A stretch of DNA of 64,000 nucleotides from positions 1-64,000 of the forward strand of contig DF237032.1 of assembly GCA_000708835.1 (NCBI GenBank), written 5' to 3'. The notes beneath the pieces are model-generated. The model was not told where the DNA came from, made no database searches, and was given only the letters and a program-made list of their open reading frames with translations. Position numbers and translations under genes: made by a program. Shown here piece after piece: positions 60,870 to 64,000 of the stretch. The DNA comes from Klebsormidium nitens. Its lineage: Eukaryota; Plantae; Klebsormidiophyceae. The first letter of the stretch is position 1. Each line of letters begins with the position of its first letter.

Positions 60870-61400
60870 TGTCAAGCACGCAACGTGCGGGCGTCACTAG
60901 GTTTGTCGGTGCAAGTGTTGCTGCACTAGACGGTTGATGTTCTAGGCTGGTGTGTATCGTGATGTAGATCGGATCATGTTGCAGTCGATCATGTCTAGAT
61001 ATCTGGCATGCATGCATGTAGGCTTGCACAATATACCACCCTGCCATGCCCTAGGCGCGATGGTGAGTTCGATGCATGTGCAGTTCAAATTATGATCCTG
61101 CATATGCAGGCCGGCGCGGAAGGAAGATATATACTCTCCGACGTCGTCTCATGCAGTCTGGGGCAATATGATAAAAGTGTTAATTCGGATCATGTATCTA
61201 TAAGATCGAATTCATATGGCTTGTCAGGACTGCATGATTGCAATTGTATGAACTTAGAGCGGCCGGCAACTGTAATTCCAGTTCGCGTTTCTGGCCAAAG
61301 ACTTGCAAATCTTTCTTCGACATCTAACCACAAGGACAGATGACTCTTCTTAGGGTGTACGTTGCAGTTTATTTGGGTTCCTCTGACATCCGACCACCAT
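60870..61400. other. Palindromic-tetramer-rich intergenic tract (between convergent TRAX and LPA1)
   Basis: e.g. gatcggatcatgttgcagtcgatcatgtctagatatctggcatgcatgcatgta (about 60968-61020). Confidence 0.6.
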
Positions 61401-61782
61401 AACAACTCTTTCAAGTATTGCTCAGACATTGTTGCGATTCTTTCGAACCTGATTAGATCAAGCCGCCTGGTGCCGTGCAGTTGACCAAGTGAGCCCAAAG
61501 CCATCTGCGCCTTGCATTGCTGCTTCCCCTGTGCCTGCCTCATTGACTGTCTCTATGCGAGCTCGTTCTATCATGTTCTTAGTCCGTCCGACTTCTGTGC
61601 GAGCTCGATTTCTATGGTAACCCCTCAGACCCCCTCGCCCTCCAACTGTACGTGCTCGATTTACCAAACAAGTGTCAATCACGGGGACCCTTTTGATAGA
61701 GTCGGTTCTATTGCATTTCAAAGCTTTGTATCGCAAATATGCTACAAAAAAAGTACTACACTCCGAGCAAACTCCGGCCAAG

Positions 61783-64000
61783 TTACGCAGCGTGCCCCGC
61801 TGGGCTGCTGCCGGCACTCCCCTCGTCCGAGTTCGCCCAAGTTCCCCGGCTCTCCTGCGCAAACGCCGAATGCGACCTGCGCCATTTTCTTGGCGACCGC
61901 CCGTGCCGCTGCCCCAGCCCAACTTCCGCCTCCCCCCCGGGGACCGCCACAGGACGCGACCTCACCCTGCCCCACTCTCCCCCGAGCGCTTCTTTTCCCC
62001 CGAGCGCCGACCCTCCAAGTCTCGCCCCCTCCGCTAACGTCGTCAATCTGCCCCGCGTTCTTCCCCCCTCTTTCCCCGCTACCCACGTGTCCTGATACAG
62101 CGGGTCCTCGCCCCCCCCGCTCACTGACGCATCTTCATCCGACGCCGCGGTGCTCCCGTCCACCGACCCTTCCTCCGGCTCCCCCCCCTGCTCCGCTGGC
62201 TCGTCGCTCAGCTCCCTCCCCCCCCCCGCTGCGCTCCTCCTCTTCCTCCCCCCCCTCGTCGTCGTCCTCCGACTCCCCGACCCGCCCCCGGTTCTCCAGC
62301 CCATACATCAACGCGCGTTCCACGCTCCTGCCGAGGCTGCTTCCGGCGCTCCCAATCCGCCCGGATCCTTGCGGAACGTCGACAAATGCGTCTCCGCCCG
62401 CCCCCCAGGAGGTGCTACCGGGCCACTCGGTCGGGACGGAGGGCCCGGGTGACTGGTGACTCGTTGGCGGAAGAGGGTTGTCCTCGTGCAACGCGGCGAG
62501 CAGGCTGCGCAAACAATCAATAACTTTAAAGTGAGCCTGGCAAGCGCGCTTGTACGCTTTCGACAGCTGAGTTGGATTTGAAGAGCGGCTAACAGCTGGC
62601 CTCTTCAAGTCGGCCTAAGGACCCAGTCTCACTGTCCCGCTTTAAATGTTCGACGCCCGCGGAAACCACAAAAGCGGGAAGCTTTGACGGACGGCGTCAC
62701 TGAAAGCTGACGGCGCCACTACCCTGGCCAATAAGCTCTCAGAACGGAATGGCAATTCTGTACGGACAACCGGAGCCGTCTGATGAAAGTACAGGCGCGT
62801 TGCAACGCCCAACGTGAATCAAAGTCGAGACGAGACCTCTAGATCGATGAATCGGGCAGCGGCTTGCCTGTAGCCGGTTACTCGTCTTGGCTGCTCTTAA
62901 CCACTAATGCTAACCCAACCCGGCCCGTGGCATAGTTCCAGCTATTCAAAATTTTGTATCTAAGAACCTTTGTTCTCACCTGCGGGAAGAGCCTTTGCGG
63001 CGGATCAGGCGCAGCATGCCCTTGGAGCCGACGGTCGAGTACTGCGCGACTGCGGCCTCGTACTCCGAGAAAACGACGCGCGCCGTGTTTGTTGCCGCGT
63101 CCAGGAGCGGCTCGCCCGCCTCGCGGCGGCGGACGGAGCTGGGGGAAAAAAGTCAAACTTTCAGAAAAGTCGTGCTAAAGTGATCTTGGGAAAAGGATGG
63201 GAGTAGATTGGAGAGGAATTGCGTGTCTTCTCTTCGTTTGACAGTGACGAAAGAGAGTGGACTTGTTAGTGAAGGAGTGTGGCTATATCCAGGAAAATAA
63301 CGAGGCATGGAACCTTTCGAGAAACTACGCACGGGTGTGGCACCATCAGGGTGGGAGAGCAGCGGACCATTGACAGCAGTCTGCCAACTTGAATAACGTT
63401 GCTTGCCACGAACTGACAAGTGGAGAGGAGTGACTGGTTGGCGAAGACGTGACCAAGCAGACTCAAAGTTTGTTGTAGACAGTAAACAGATTCTCCTGCA
63501 GTCCGCTTCCTGGTGTCGGCTGTCCCTCAAAAGGCTTTCTGCAAACTTTCGTATGTCCTGTATACCTAAATTGCCTCACGTGAGGTTCGCAAAAGAAAAC
63601 CGTCGTTAAGCAACTTCTTTAAAGAGGCGGATATTTCCGCAACCAGTTCCTGCCTGAGAAGAAGCTGACCGAAAGACTCCAAGTCGAGTCCCTTGCAAGC
63701 GCGCAAGCCCCCGCTTACCTAAACACCGTAGCATGGATCGCCGCAACGCTCCTGTCCACGTTCGTGTTATTAACCTTCGGCACGAGGTGCTTGTCCGCGC
63801 GCTTCCGCAGATAGTCCTGGATCGCCCGTATGTTCCGCATGTACTTCACGTACTTGTTCCGCCGCGGATCGAGCGTCATGTACTTCGCGCGCACCGCCAT
63901 GCGCTCCAAATGCTTCGCCTCGTTGCTGATGTACACCAGAAACGGCACGATGCTCGCGTGCCGCGCCATGAGCCCCATCACAAAGTTCAAGCTCAAATGC
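61783..64000 (-). CDS. LPA1: P-loop NTPase LPA1 (2-phosphoglycerate-kinase-like), 3' part; 5' end outside the window
   Basis: Exons 63719->64000 ([44 protein letters not shown]...[26 protein letters not shown]), 62980-63138 ([17 protein letters not shown]...[15 protein letters not shown]) and one starting at 62504. The 3' end is uncertain because of an apparent frameshift at 62218-62227. Confidence 0.88.

Overview
Left chromosome end of a GC-rich, intron-rich green eukaryote. The (CCCTAAAA)n = TTTTAGGG telomere and the plant-type gene set (GAUT, PRT1, LPA1, nuclear plastid RPL5/RPL34) suggest a streptophyte alga such as Klebsormidium; this is inference, not a database match. A ~2.9 kb subtelomere holds a 10-bp minisatellite, a ~630 bp inverted-repeat element, several hairpins and a tRNA-derived Pol III-like element. 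It is followed by 13 spliced protein genes: SEC24A-like(-), SEC24B/C-like(+), plastid RPL5(-), CTU2(-), plastid RPL34(+), an uncharacterised coiled-coil gene(-), PEX3(-), PRT1(+), GAUT(-), an At1g64430-like PPR-superfamily gene(+), G3BP/NTF2-RRM(-), TRAX(+) and LPA1(-, 5'-truncated). Most notable observations: (1) RPL5 and RPL34 share a homologous transit-peptide exon, suggesting the transferred rpl5 gene acquired plastid targeting by duplicating its neighbour's first exon. (2) Two anciently diverged SEC24 paralogs sit head-to-head. (3) Spacers downstream of gene 3' ends carry tracts about 4-fold enriched in 4-bp palindromes, while the one head-to-head spacer counted does not. (4) There is an intron with a tandem-duplication signature, a TA-flanked MITE and decayed exon copies. 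Gene models were built by eye from GT-AG sites, reading-frame continuity and remembered homology, so some exon borders are approximate.
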